This document shows positions 9,245 to 18,874 of a stretch of 64,000 nt of DNA, in pieces; position 1 is the first letter of the stretch, and every line of letters starts with the position of its first letter. Below the pieces are notes generated by a model. It saw nothing but the letters and a program-made list of their open reading frames with translations. It did not search any database and was not told where the DNA came from. Source of the stretch: an uncultured Ruminococcus sp. Its GTDB lineage: Bacteria; Bacillota; Clostridia; Oscillospirales; Ruminococcaceae. The position numbers were made by a program, and so were the translations under genes. Where the stretch lies: positions 1,154 to 65,153 of the forward strand of contig CADCFQ010000011.1 in the NCBI GenBank assembly GCA_902800795.1, written 5' to 3'.

Positions 9245-10369
9245 ATGATCTTCGTGCAGTTTCCAACGCTACCCAATCTGAATAAACACTATAAGTATAA
9301 AAATATCGCAGCTGCACTGGCAGTGTGTCTGCTCCTGATAGTCTGGCTCACGGCTTCATGCAGCAATAAGGTGCTCGAGCGGAACAAGCCCCAGAACAAG
9401 ACCAATGTAGTGGCATCCTCCGATAAGAAGGTCACAAAGACGAAGAAGGAAGAAACGCCAAAGAGAAGCTTCCGCTATGAGGAGGTAGACAACAGACAGG
9501 TCTCAAAGGGAAGCCTTGTGCTTGTAAACGGCGACCACAAGCTGTCCGCCACCGAGATAGACTCCTCTGACACGCTCTACTCCTATCTTTTCAGCGAGAG
9601 CGGCTCTCAGATCCTGTCCGCCAGCACGACAGAGCTCGTGGCAGACACAGCTGCGCTGAAAGCTTTGCAGAAGATGATGTCAGACTATAATGCCAAGACA
9701 GCCGACAGCTCGGTGATCGTTTATTCTACCACCGAGAATCCCGACGGCTCGGCTACCGAATTTGTCGAGAGCCCCACAGGCCTTTGCTTTGACCTTCTTG
9801 GCTATGACGCCGCTTCCGGCAGCTATCCTGCCTTTTCGGGAGAGGGCTCCAGCGCATGGGTGCCTGAGAACTGCGCTAAGTACGGCATGATACTCAGATA
9901 TCCTGCTGACAAGGTGTCGGAGACAGGCCATGAATATGCTTCAGGCCATTACAGATATGTGGGCGAGCCTCACTCAGAGATCATGGCTGAAAAATCGATG
10001 TGTCTTGAGGAGTATCTTGAGTGGGTAAAGAAATATAACTTCGAGAAGCCCCTGTCCTTCACCGCTTACGACGGCAAGTCCTATGAGGTGTGGTATGTCA
10101 AGGAAGGCAAGGACAGAACGACCAAGCTGCCTATACTCCAGAAGGCTGACGGCAAGGATTATTCCTATACTATCTCCGGCAACAACTATGACGGCTTCAT
10201 CGTGACCGTCTGCCTCAGCGAGGACGCTCCCGAGGTGAAGACCGGCGAGGAAAGCGAAAGCGATACTTCGGCTGTGAGCGAGGATCAGGGCGGCACCGAG
10301 GAAGCTCAGACCGAAGATTACGGCTATGACGACAACACAGATTACACTGCGGAGGAACAGGTATGGTAA
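9245..10369 (+). CDS. VanY/M15B-like D-alanyl-D-alanine carboxypeptidase family lipoprotein
   Basis: 374 aa. Signal peptide with lipobox-like LTASC. The central region (SLVLVNGDHKL ... YGMILRYPADK ... SGHYRYVGEPHSEIM) is typical of the VanY family. Acidic C-terminal tail. Confidence 0.75.
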   Translation: MIFVQFPTLPNLNKHYKYKNIAAALAVCLLLIVWLTASCSNKVLERNKPQNKTNVVASSDKKVTKTKKEETPKRSFRYEEVDNRQVSKGSLVLVNGDHKLSATEIDSSDTLYSYLFSESGSQILSASTTELVADTAALKALQKMMSDYNAKTADSSVIVYSTTENPDGSATEFVESPTGLCFDLLGYDAASGSYPAFSGEGSSAWVPENCAKYGMILRYPADKVSETGHEYASGHYRYVGEPHSEIMAEKSMCLEEYLEWVKKYNFEKPLSFTAYDGKSYEVWYVKEGKDRTTKLPILQKADGKDYSYTISGNNYDGFIVTVCLSEDAPEVKTGEESESDTSAVSEDQGGTEEAQTEDYGYDDNTDYTAEEQVW

Positions 10370-11193
10370 ACGAGAGCGTTAAACTTGATGTAGACTATGA
10401 AAAAGCAGGGCTTTCTCCGGAGGGCTGTGCTCCCACGCTCGACTGCCTGTATAATACTTTTTCCGAGGAGATAGGACCGAAGCACAGAAGGGCAGTCATC
10501 ATCTGCCCCGGCGGCGGATATGACTTTTTGTCTGACCGTGAAGCAGACCCTGTGGCGTTTCGTTTTCTTGCGGCAGGCTGTGCGGCTTTTGTTCTCCGGT
10601 ACTCGGTGTATAAGAAAAAGTTCCCCACCGACCTGCTTGAATGTGCGGCGGCGGTGAGGTATGTAAGAGACAATGCAAAGCGCTTTGATGTTGACCCCGA
10701 TAAGATCTTTGTCTGCGGCTTTTCTGCCGGCGGACACCTTGCGGCAAGTGCTGCGAATTTCTACGGTTCCGATATCGTTACAAAGGCTCTCGGCTGTACT
10801 GCCGAGGACACAAAGGTCAACGGCTCTATCCTCTGCTATCCTGTTATCACTTCCGACCCGAAGTATACCCACGAGGGCTCTATCCTCAATCTTATCGGCG
10901 AGGAGCAGAGCGAGGAGCTCCGGGCTCTTGTGAGCCTTGAAGACAGGGTGAGCAGCACCACTCCGCCCACCTTTATCTGGCACTGCGCCGATGACGGCTG
11001 TGTAAGGGTCGAAAACAGCCTGCGCTATATGCTGGCGCTGTCCGAAAACAACATCCCCTATGAAGCTCATATCTATGAATACGGCGGCCACGGAGCATCG
11101 CTGTGTGACGAGACGACCTCCACCAACGACTGGCATATCCAGCCCGTTGCCGCTCACTGGGTACAGGCGGCGATCGACTGGGTGCTGAGGTGA
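10363..11193 (+). CDS. alpha/beta hydrolase (acetyl-esterase/lipase family)
   Basis: 276 aa. Oxyanion-type CPGGGY and nucleophile elbow GFSAGGHLA. A late H is present in YGGHGAS. Confidence 0.85.
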   Translation: MVNESVKLDVDYEKAGLSPEGCAPTLDCLYNTFSEEIGPKHRRAVIICPGGGYDFLSDREADPVAFRFLAAGCAAFVLRYSVYKKKFPTDLLECAAAVRYVRDNAKRFDVDPDKIFVCGFSAGGHLAASAANFYGSDIVTKALGCTAEDTKVNGSILCYPVITSDPKYTHEGSILNLIGEEQSEELRALVSLEDRVSSTTPPTFIWHCADDGCVRVENSLRYMLALSENNIPYEAHIYEYGGHGASLCDETTSTNDWHIQPVAAHWVQAAIDWVLR

Positions 11194-11356
11194 AACGCAG
11201 GCGCAGTAAAATAGTTTTTTTATGGCACTTTTGTCAGGGTATTGACAAGAGTGCCTTTTGATTTCTTTGTGCAGCGCCTGCTCAATGAATAATGAAGAAT
11301 GAATAATGAAGAAATAAGAATGAAGGCGATACCTTAACTGTCCAGTATTCATTCTT
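11190..11356 (+). repeat. dispersed structured intergenic element, copy 1 (stop codon, nested inverted repeats, terminator hairpin, heptamer array)
   Basis: Shares blocks GTGAAACGCAGGCGCAG, GGCACTTTTGTCAGGG, AGTGCCTTT, TTTCTTTGTG and AGCGCCTGCTCA with 42492-42630. Outer inverted repeat GCAGGCGC (11197-11204) / GCGCCTGC (11274-11281). Hairpin at 11224-11255 plus a T-run. Six tandem heptamers TGAAKAA at 11286-11327. Confidence 0.85.
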
Positions 11357-11463
11357 CGATCTTTCCGCAGCAGCCGATCCTTATGTATAATACCTTCAGG
11401 ACAGCGGATAATAATTAACACATTAAGGCTCTTTTGCATAGTATGGGTCAGGAGGGGATAGCT

Positions 11464-12552
11464 ATGCAAAAACATACCGAACACTATTTTCTTGGAACGA
11501 GGATAACAGGCGGCTTTGACAACCTTTTCCGGGAGGAGATATCAGACAAGGGCTTTCAGGGATATCTTCTCAAAGGCGGCCCCGGAACAGGCAAGTCTTC
11601 GCTTATGAAGCGCATAGGCAAGGCCTTTGAGGACAGCGGCCGGGTGACGTATTATCACTGCTCATCTGACCCGGAGTCGCTGGATGCGGTGGTGCTCTGG
11701 GATAAGAGAGCATACATCTGCGATGCCACAGCGCCCCATGTTATGGATTGCCGCTATCCGGGAGTTACGGAGCGGATAGTCGATCTCGGAAGGTTCTGGG
11801 ACGAGGGCGTGCTCGGCGCTTTCAGTGCTGATGTGATATCGGCTGCCGACCGCAATCTGGCGCTTCAGAGAGCCGCCGGCAGGATACAGCAGTCGCTGAC
11901 CGTCAGCTGCAAAGCGGTATCCGATGCCGCTTCGGAGTGCTGTAATGAGAAAAAGCTCAAGGCCTTTTCAAAGCGCCTTGCCGCTAGGCTCATGGGCGGC
12001 GCATCTTTCGGAGAAAAGGGCACAGCGGTCAGGCGCCAGCTCACAGCCCTCACGGAATACGGCTGTATGACCTTTGAGAACACTGCCGAGGGCTTTGAAA
12101 ATGTGATAGTCCTGTCTGACAGCCGTTTTTATGCGGCGAACCGCCTTTGTGAGCTGCTCGAAGCCGAGGCTCTTTCAAGGGGACTCGATGTTATCTCATG
12201 CCCCTCGGCGGCCTTTGACAACGCCCGCACCGAGCACGTCCTGATACCGTCCCTTGGCATCGCCGTTCTGAGCGACACGCCCCTGACACTTCTTTCAGGG
12301 GGCGGCACACGCATAGACCTGGACGGCTTTTATGACAGGCGCTTGCTTGAAGAGAACAGAGATATCCTGACTCTTGAAAAGCGCCTTATAAACGAGCGCT
12401 CCGAAAGGCTTTACGAGACGATGTCGGCGGCAAAGGCCGTCCATGACGAGCTTGAAAAATACTATATCAAAGCTATGGATTTCAAGGGCGTCGGAGGGGT
12501 CTGCGAGGAGCTTGAAAAACGCATTGGGGACAACAAAAAAGCAAAGAGCTGA
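11464..12552 (+). CDS. P-loop NTPase of unknown function
   Basis: Start moved to ATG 11464 (GGAGG RBS 8 nt upstream). Walker A motif GGPGTGKSS. About 360 aa, resembling the uncharacterised ATPase family common in Bacillota. No other domain recognised. Confidence 0.7.
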   Translation: MQKHTEHYFLGTRITGGFDNLFREEISDKGFQGYLLKGGPGTGKSSLMKRIGKAFEDSGRVTYYHCSSDPESLDAVVLWDKRAYICDATAPHVMDCRYPGVTERIVDLGRFWDEGVLGAFSADVISAADRNLALQRAAGRIQQSLTVSCKAVSDAASECCNEKKLKAFSKRLAARLMGGASFGEKGTAVRRQLTALTEYGCMTFENTAEGFENVIVLSDSRFYAANRLCELLEAEALSRGLDVISCPSAAFDNARTEHVLIPSLGIAVLSDTPLTLLSGGGTRIDLDGFYDRRLLEENRDILTLEKRLINERSERLYETMSAAKAVHDELEKYYIKAMDFKGVGGVCEELEKRIGDNKKAKS

Positions 12553-12562
12553 CACATAGATC

Positions 12563-12599
12563 AGACAGTCGGGGAAGGTGCGCTCCGGCTGTCTTTTTT
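12563..12599 (+). terminator. Rho-independent terminator
   Basis: Hairpin AGACAGTCGG-ggaaggtgcgct-CCGGCTGTCT followed by a T6 run. Confidence 0.75.
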
Positions 12600-12772
12600 G
12601 CCGGAGTTCCGGTAGGCTCTTTGCCTAAAATACGTTGTTTTGACCTTTGAATGTTGTACTTTTTAACAAAATCGGCAAAAATAGGTCGGCTGTCCTTTAC
12701 TTTTGGAAGGATGTGTGTTATAATTTTACTTTGGTGGAATATGTTTGGAGTTTGTTTGAAAGGAATTGTGAT

Positions 12773-14224
12773 ATGCTCTCTCCCGAGATATCAGGTGATT
12801 ACAGGAACGACCGCATCGACAGATGTGCATCGTGCGAAAGCATAGATCTTTTACAGCTGCGTGACAGGGGAGTGTTCCTCTGCGGCGACGAGAACTGTTT
12901 ATATATCAGTGAGCTTGAAGCTGTTCTTACCCGGGTAAAGGTCCCGGTCAACGAAGCGGCTATTACTCAGAAGGAGGTGCTCATAGCCTTCGATATGAAG
13001 AATGCTCCTTTGAGTGACGAGCAGAGGACCGAGCTTGAAGACTGCACAGGCAGAAGACTTCTTGTGACGGACAAGCGTGATGACGTTACGGCGCTGAGCG
13101 CAATAATGCCCGTTCTTTATGCGCCCCGCATCTACGGCGCAGGCCTTGAAAACGGCGAGGACGCCCACACCAACGAGAGCACCAACATCACCGACCTTTA
13201 CGGCGCTGTGCTGTTTCTGGCATCGAGAAAAAAACAGCTTCGCTTCTGTGTTTATTACACAGGCCACGGCGGCTGTACCGTCAAGGGCGCCAAGAGCGTT
13301 ACCAGCGGCGGCTATGAGAGGATAATGTCCTATGAGGACGGCAGAGCCATGCTTGAGTTCTCAAAGGTCTATCCCGATAAGATGTTTTATTTCGGCGACA
13401 GCTATGACGGCCAGCTTGAAAGGCTCCATGAAAGGCTTTTCGAGTGCCTTGATGAGTTTGACCGTATATGCCGGGAAAACGATATAAGCTATTTTTTAGG
13501 CGGCGGTTCGCTGCTCGGAGCAGTCAGATACGGCAGCATCATCCCCTGGGATGACGATATCGACGTTATGATGACAAGAGAAGAATATGAGAAGTTCCTC
13601 TCTGTCGTGGACAGCACGATAAACAAGGAGCGCTTTTTCTTCCAGTCCTCCGAGACCGACCCGAGCTACCACAGCCTGTTTACAAAGCTCAGGATAGAGG
13701 GCACGCTTTTTGCGACCGAGTTTTCGAGCCGCTTTGCTCATATGCACCAGGGCGTGTTCATTGATATTTTCGTCCATGACAAGACATCCGACATAAAGGC
13801 AGTAAGAAAGCTCCACGTTTTTCTTACTCTGTTCGCAAGGTCTTTGGTTTTCAATAAATGGGCAGATAAGCCCATGCACTTCTACGGAAGATTCAGGTAC
13901 ATCTGTCAGGCTGCCACCTGGGTCATGCAAAGGTGCAGCATGAAAACGCTGGAGCGCTTTCAGCACAGGGTGGTCACTTTCTTTGACAAGAGAGATACGC
14001 ATTATCTCTATGACGGCACAGGCGAGCATCTGAGACACGGCGGTTTTCCTGCAAAGTGGCTCTCCCAGACCGAATATATCAGGTTCGGCGAGAGAAGCTT
14101 TCCTGTCCCCAAGGATGCCGACAGGTATCTTGCCTATTCCTACGGCGATTACAAGAAGCCCGTGCCTGCAAGTTTAAGGCGCTCGGGACATGATATAGTT
14201 AAATTTGACTTTGATATAAAGTAA
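12773..14224 (+). CDS. LicD-family phosphotransferase with ~230-aa N-terminal extension
   Basis: Start moved to ATG 12773. The C-terminal half has the LicD signature YFLGGGSLLGAVRYGSIIPWDDDIDVMM. The N-terminal part is unrecognised and has CxxC...CxxxxxC. Confidence 0.8.
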   Translation: MLSPEISGDYRNDRIDRCASCESIDLLQLRDRGVFLCGDENCLYISELEAVLTRVKVPVNEAAITQKEVLIAFDMKNAPLSDEQRTELEDCTGRRLLVTDKRDDVTALSAIMPVLYAPRIYGAGLENGEDAHTNESTNITDLYGAVLFLASRKKQLRFCVYYTGHGGCTVKGAKSVTSGGYERIMSYEDGRAMLEFSKVYPDKMFYFGDSYDGQLERLHERLFECLDEFDRICRENDISYFLGGGSLLGAVRYGSIIPWDDDIDVMMTREEYEKFLSVVDSTINKERFFFQSSETDPSYHSLFTKLRIEGTLFATEFSSRFAHMHQGVFIDIFVHDKTSDIKAVRKLHVFLTLFARSLVFNKWADKPMHFYGRFRYICQAATWVMQRCSMKTLERFQHRVVTFFDKRDTHYLYDGTGEHLRHGGFPAKWLSQTEYIRFGERSFPVPKDADRYLAYSYGDYKKPVPASLRRSGHDIVKFDFDIK

Positions 14225-14238
14225 AGGTGAATTTTTAA

Positions 14239-16944
14239 ATGCTGGATATAATTCTTTTCGGTACAGATGCCGACGTGATGCGCAGTCAGATATCGTCGAT
14301 AACTGCCGCAGAGAGCTTTGAAGACAAGGGTGTGCTCGTCCATGTTATGGATCACACGGGCTCATTCGGCGTCAAGGATGAATACTCGGGAGTCAGGGGA
14401 GCTGTCAGCTACTATGACGTAAGCGAGATGAGCGAGCCCGAGGCATATAACTTTGCGCTGTCGCAGACAGGTGCGGACAACATAATGTTCATCACCGATG
14501 ACGGTGTAATACCGCCTGATTCTCTCGACCATGCAGTAAGGCATATAACCAGACATCCGATAGTTTCTCTCGATCCGTACACAAAGGATGAGAACGGCGT
14601 GTTCAAGTCTACGCTCACCTTCAAGATGACCTTTGACCGCAAGCACAGATACAGAGTGGATCTGAGGATGTTCCCGGAAAGGTTCCACACCTGCTTCTCG
14701 GCTTTCATCTTCAAGAGGGAGCTGTTTGAAGGGCTCACCTTTGATGAGCGTATGCCCCTTGATTCCGATATGAAGATACTGATGAAGCTCCTGGATGAGA
14801 ACGGCGGATATCTGCTTACCGAGAAGCCTTATAACTGCGGCCACCCCAATGAGAGAGACTTCTTCAACTATCCTCTCCAGTTTGAAAAGGCCTGGTATGA
14901 GGAATCTATGGACTACTTCCTGATAGACGCTGCAAAGCCGGATTCCTCGATCTTTGTGAACCACTTCGTTCTCTATCAGATCTGCTGCCGCTATGCGTGC
15001 AACATGAACGAGCGTGACAAGAGCATCCTCTCTCCCGATGAGGCGCAGGCTTTCTTTGACAAGACAGGAAAGGCGCTCAAGAACATTGACGATATAACTA
15101 TCTCCAGCTGTCATCTGCTGACAGGAAAGGGGATTATCCCGAGATTCTTTGTGCTTAACCTTTTAAGGCTCAAGCATGACAACTATGAGCTGATGCCCAC
15201 TATCAGCGCTACCGCTGCCGAGATCTCGGCTCATATAGGCGAGAGCCAGATATGGTCGCTTGGCTCCTCCAAGCTTGAATTCAAGGTGCTTTACTATGAC
15301 GGTGCAAACCTTGTTATGGACGGCTTCTATCCCGGAAGCTATGTTTTCAAAGAGGGCGATATCGAGATCTTTGCAGCCCTTGACCAGAGCCGGGAGTATC
15401 CGGTGGTAAGAACGCACATTTATGCTCTGAATAAATTTTTCAATGTCTCCGCAAAGGGAAACTACACCTTCCGCTTTATGATCCCCGAGGAGAAGCTCAG
15501 AAGACACAGCACCTTCTCCTTCTGGCTCAGATACAGAGGCAGGAACTATCCGCTGGCAGTGACCTTCATCAGAGCCGAGACAAAGCTCAGCACTGTAAAG
15601 AACTCCTACTGGATCTGTGGAAAGTCGATAATCCAGTATGACGGCGGTATGCGCTGCTTTACTGTGGAGAAGCTGACAAGGGGCGCACACATTAAACACG
15701 AGCTTCGCTTTATAAGATCTATCTCCAGAGCCACACACGGTATGTGGAAGATAAAAATGGTGGGCAACCGCCTGCTTTACTGGGCTTCAAAGCCGTTCTT
15801 CCGCAAGAAGATATGGCTCACTATGGACAAGATCTTCAAGGCCGGCGACAACGGCGAATACTTCTATCGCTATGTGAAACAGAGAGCTCCGGAGGGCGTG
15901 AAGATCTATTATGTCGTTGCCAAGGATTCGCCCGACTATGAAAGACTTAAAGCCGAGTATGATACGATACTCAAGTTCAATACCATAAAGCATAAGATGA
16001 TAGCTCTCCATACCGACCTTATGCTTGCCACCCACGTTGACACGATGAACTGCAACGGCTATTATGCAGCCACCCAGAAGTATTTCAAGGATCTGTATAA
16101 CGCAAGGGTCGTATGCCTTGCACACGGTCTGACTATCCAGAAGATAGCTCAGTACCAGAACAGGACCTTCGACAATACCGTGCTTTATTTCTTCGCTTCA
16201 AAGTATGAGATAAAGAACGTGAGCCACGAGATTTACGACTACTATGACAAGTCGATGCTCTGCCTTACGGGCCACGCAAGATATGACGGCCTTGTTTCAA
16301 ACGACAAGAAGGTCATTCTTATAACCCCCACCTGGAGAAGAGGCACAACGACAGGCAAGGCGAAGAAGGGCGCTACCTATGCCCACAGCTCCAGCTTTAT
16401 CCACAGCGACTACTACAAGATCTATAACGGTCTGATAAATGACGAGAGACTCATTAAGACCGCTAAGGAGCACGGCTACAGGGTAGTTTATCTGCTCCAT
16501 CCGGCTATGAGCTCCCAGCTCGTGGACTTTGAAAAGAGCGACGGAGTCGATATCATAGCAGCTGCCGGAGATATGAGCTACGAGAAGATACTCACTGAGT
16601 CGAGCCTTATGGTCACTGACTATTCGGGAGTTCAGTTCGATTTTGCTTATATGAAGAAGCCGCTGGTATATTATCATCCGGATGTTCTGCCTCCCCAGTA
16701 TGAGGCAGGCGGACTAGAGTATGAGACTATGGGCTTCGGGCCTATCTGCCGCAACCACGAGCAGATAGTCGCAGAGCTGTGCGAGTATATCGAGAACAGC
16801 TGTGTTATGAAGGATATGTATAAGCAAAGAGTCGATGACTTCTTCGAGTATTCCGACCATAACAACTGCGAGAGGATATATGAAAAGGTCATCGAGTTCC
16901 AGGATAAATTCGATAAGGTCAATAAGGACGATTACAGCGAATAA
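14239..16944 (+). CDS. CDP-glycerol/polyol-phosphate glycerophosphotransferase (TagF/TarL family) with N-terminal GT-like domain
   Basis: 901 aa. The C-terminal half carries TagF-family blocks (ILITPTWRRG, VVYLLHPAM, LMVTDYSGVQFDFAYMKKPLVYY). The N-terminal ~290 aa resembles a degenerate GT2 fold (MFITDDG). Confidence 0.8.
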   Translation: MLDIILFGTDADVMRSQISSITAAESFEDKGVLVHVMDHTGSFGVKDEYSGVRGAVSYYDVSEMSEPEAYNFALSQTGADNIMFITDDGVIPPDSLDHAVRHITRHPIVSLDPYTKDENGVFKSTLTFKMTFDRKHRYRVDLRMFPERFHTCFSAFIFKRELFEGLTFDERMPLDSDMKILMKLLDENGGYLLTEKPYNCGHPNERDFFNYPLQFEKAWYEESMDYFLIDAAKPDSSIFVNHFVLYQICCRYACNMNERDKSILSPDEAQAFFDKTGKALKNIDDITISSCHLLTGKGIIPRFFVLNLLRLKHDNYELMPTISATAAEISAHIGESQIWSLGSSKLEFKVLYYDGANLVMDGFYPGSYVFKEGDIEIFAALDQSREYPVVRTHIYALNKFFNVSAKGNYTFRFMIPEEKLRRHSTFSFWLRYRGRNYPLAVTFIRAETKLSTVKNSYWICGKSIIQYDGGMRCFTVEKLTRGAHIKHELRFIRSISRATHGMWKIKMVGNRLLYWASKPFFRKKIWLTMDKIFKAGDNGEYFYRYVKQRAPEGVKIYYVVAKDSPDYERLKAEYDTILKFNTIKHKMIALHTDLMLATHVDTMNCNGYYAATQKYFKDLYNARVVCLAHGLTIQKIAQYQNRTFDNTVLYFFASKYEIKNVSHEIYDYYDKSMLCLTGHARYDGLVSNDKKVILITPTWRRGTTTGKAKKGATYAHSSSFIHSDYYKIYNGLINDERLIKTAKEHGYRVVYLLHPAMSSQLVDFEKSDGVDIIAAAGDMSYEKILTESSLMVTDYSGVQFDFAYMKKPLVYYHPDVLPPQYEAGGLEYETMGFGPICRNHEQIVAELCEYIENSCVMKDMYKQRVDDFFEYSDHNNCERIYEKVIEFQDKFDKVNKDDYSE

Positions 16945-16969
16945 ACCTAAGGATAACGGAGGTATGAAT

Positions 16970-17722
16970 ATGAATATTGCAGTAATTTTCGCAGGCGGTG
17001 TCGGCGTGAGAATGGGAGCAGGCGTGCCCAAGCAGTTTCTTGAGATAAACGGCAAGCCTGTCATCATCCACACACTTGAGCTTTTTGAAAATCACCGTGA
17101 GATAGACAAGATCTACATCGCTATGCTGGAGGACTACATTCCCTATATGTGGAAGCTGGTCTCAAAGTTTATGATCTCCAAGGTCATAGACATCATCCCC
17201 GGCGGAGAGACAGGCCAGGATTCGATCTACAATGGTCTGAAGAGAGCCCAGAAGGACAACGATGACGACAGCATCGTTCTTATCCACGACGGCGTTCGCC
17301 CCTGGGTCACCTATGACACCATTTCAAGAAACATCAAGGGCGCAAAGGAAAACGGCAACGCTATCACCTGCACACCCTGCTATGAGACTATCCTTATGAG
17401 CACAACAGGCGAGACCGTTGAGACCGTTCCTTACAGAAAGGACACCTATGCGGCACAGGCTCCCCAGAGCTTCCGTCTCGGAGAGATAATCGCAGACCAT
17501 GAGATCGTCAGACAGAGAGAAACAAGATACGATAATCTTGTTGATTCCTGTACCCTTATCAAGAGCGTAGGCAAAGAAGCTTATATGGTAGAGGGCAACA
17601 GAGGAAATATCAAAGTAACTACTCCCGAGGACGTTTATATGTACAGAGCTCTCATTCAGTATAAAGAGAATGAGCAGGCCTTCGGCATAGGCTCTACACC
17701 ACATCTTCCGGGTATCGAATAG
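16970..17722 (+). CDS. tarI: IspD/TarI-family cytidylyltransferase (probable ribitol-5-phosphate cytidylyltransferase)
   Basis: N-terminus MNIAVIFAGGVGVRMGAGVPKQFL. Start chosen at ATG 16970, 7 nt after GGAGG (ATG 16964 is also possible). The teichoic-acid gene context favours TarI over IspD. Confidence 0.8.
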   Translation: MNIAVIFAGGVGVRMGAGVPKQFLEINGKPVIIHTLELFENHREIDKIYIAMLEDYIPYMWKLVSKFMISKVIDIIPGGETGQDSIYNGLKRAQKDNDDDSIVLIHDGVRPWVTYDTISRNIKGAKENGNAITCTPCYETILMSTTGETVETVPYRKDTYAAQAPQSFRLGEIIADHEIVRQRETRYDNLVDSCTLIKSVGKEAYMVEGNRGNIKVTTPEDVYMYRALIQYKENEQAFGIGSTPHLPGIE

Positions 17723-17731
17723 GAGCTTCCA

Positions 17732-18805
17732 ATGAATTTTTTAGGTTTTACATCAAAAGAGTATCACGATGAAAAGGGCAGAGATTACTACTTTGACAAT
17801 GCCAAGTTCATTCTGATCTTACTTGTCGTTCTGGCTCATGCAATATCGCCGTTAAAGACGGATATGAAAAAAGTCAGAACGATCTGGACAGTCATAAATG
17901 CAATGCATATGCCGTGCCTTATCTTCATCTCGGGATATTTTGCAAAGGGCTATATCAAAAACGGCGTGGTCAAGACAAGACGCCTTGTGACCTATGTGGT
18001 CTACTACCTTGCGGCACAGCTGACGATCTCGCTTTTTGAGTACTATGTTCTCGGCTACAGCCAAACTATGGCACGAAGCGTTTTCGCACCTCGTTCATCG
18101 CTATGGTACCTTATGTGCCTTATCTGGTGGTTCGCTTTTATGCCGTATATCTATAAGCTTAAGCCGTCATTTATTATTCCTGCATCTATCATAGTTGCCT
18201 GCCTGATAGGCTATGATACGATGACGGGAGACTATCTCAGCACAACAAGAATGGTCAATCATTTCCCGTTCTTTATAGTCGGATACTATTTCAAAAAAGA
18301 GTGGATATTCAAGTTCAGAAAGCTCCCTATCCAGATTGGAGCCGTTATTGTAGGCGGAGTGCTCTCTGTTCTTGCGTATTATCGCCTTTGGGATATTTCT
18401 GAGAGGATAATCACAAGCAACTCCAATTACTATAATGCTGACCTCAGATTTTTGACTGATGAGCCTTTTATGTTCGTACACAGACTGCTGTTCTATCTCT
18501 TCGCAGGTCTGCTCTGTGCGTGCTTTCTGCTCATCGTTCCGAGAGGAAAGGCGTTCTTCACACGCTTCGGCTCGAGAACTTTGCAGGTCTACATACTGCA
18601 CCGCTTCCTCTATCTTGCCGACCTTGAATTCGGCTGGTATGAGCCGTTCCTCAATACACGCAAGGGAGTTGCCGAGATGACACTGATAGCCATAGCCATA
18701 ACCTTTATTCTGGCTCTCAAGCCCTTTGAGTATCCGTTCAAGTGGCTTTCCAAGCTGAGCCTCAGGCGCTTTGAGCGTGACCCCGAAGAACAGGTAAAGG
18801 CATAA
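17732..18805 (+). CDS. acyltransferase family 3 membrane protein (O-acyltransferase)
   Basis: 357 aa with about 10 predicted TM helices. N-terminal YYFDNAKFILILLVVLAHA is typical of acyltransferase_3. Confidence 0.8.
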   Translation: MNFLGFTSKEYHDEKGRDYYFDNAKFILILLVVLAHAISPLKTDMKKVRTIWTVINAMHMPCLIFISGYFAKGYIKNGVVKTRRLVTYVVYYLAAQLTISLFEYYVLGYSQTMARSVFAPRSSLWYLMCLIWWFAFMPYIYKLKPSFIIPASIIVACLIGYDTMTGDYLSTTRMVNHFPFFIVGYYFKKEWIFKFRKLPIQIGAVIVGGVLSVLAYYRLWDISERIITSNSNYYNADLRFLTDEPFMFVHRLLFYLFAGLLCACFLLIVPRGKAFFTRFGSRTLQVYILHRFLYLADLEFGWYEPFLNTRKGVAEMTLIAIAITFILALKPFEYPFKWLSKLSLRRFERDPEEQVKA

Positions 18806-18874
18806 GATCACGATAAAAAACACTTACCCTCGTCAAAAGGCGGGGGTAAAGTCGCATAGAGAAGGAGAATCGTT

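Noticed and set aside
11286-11327. The heptamer arrays (also 42589-42623), considered as a CRISPR array or as coding repeats.
   Set aside because: The units are only 7 nt with no spacers, and stop codons occur in every frame. I treated them as part of the dispersed non-coding element instead.
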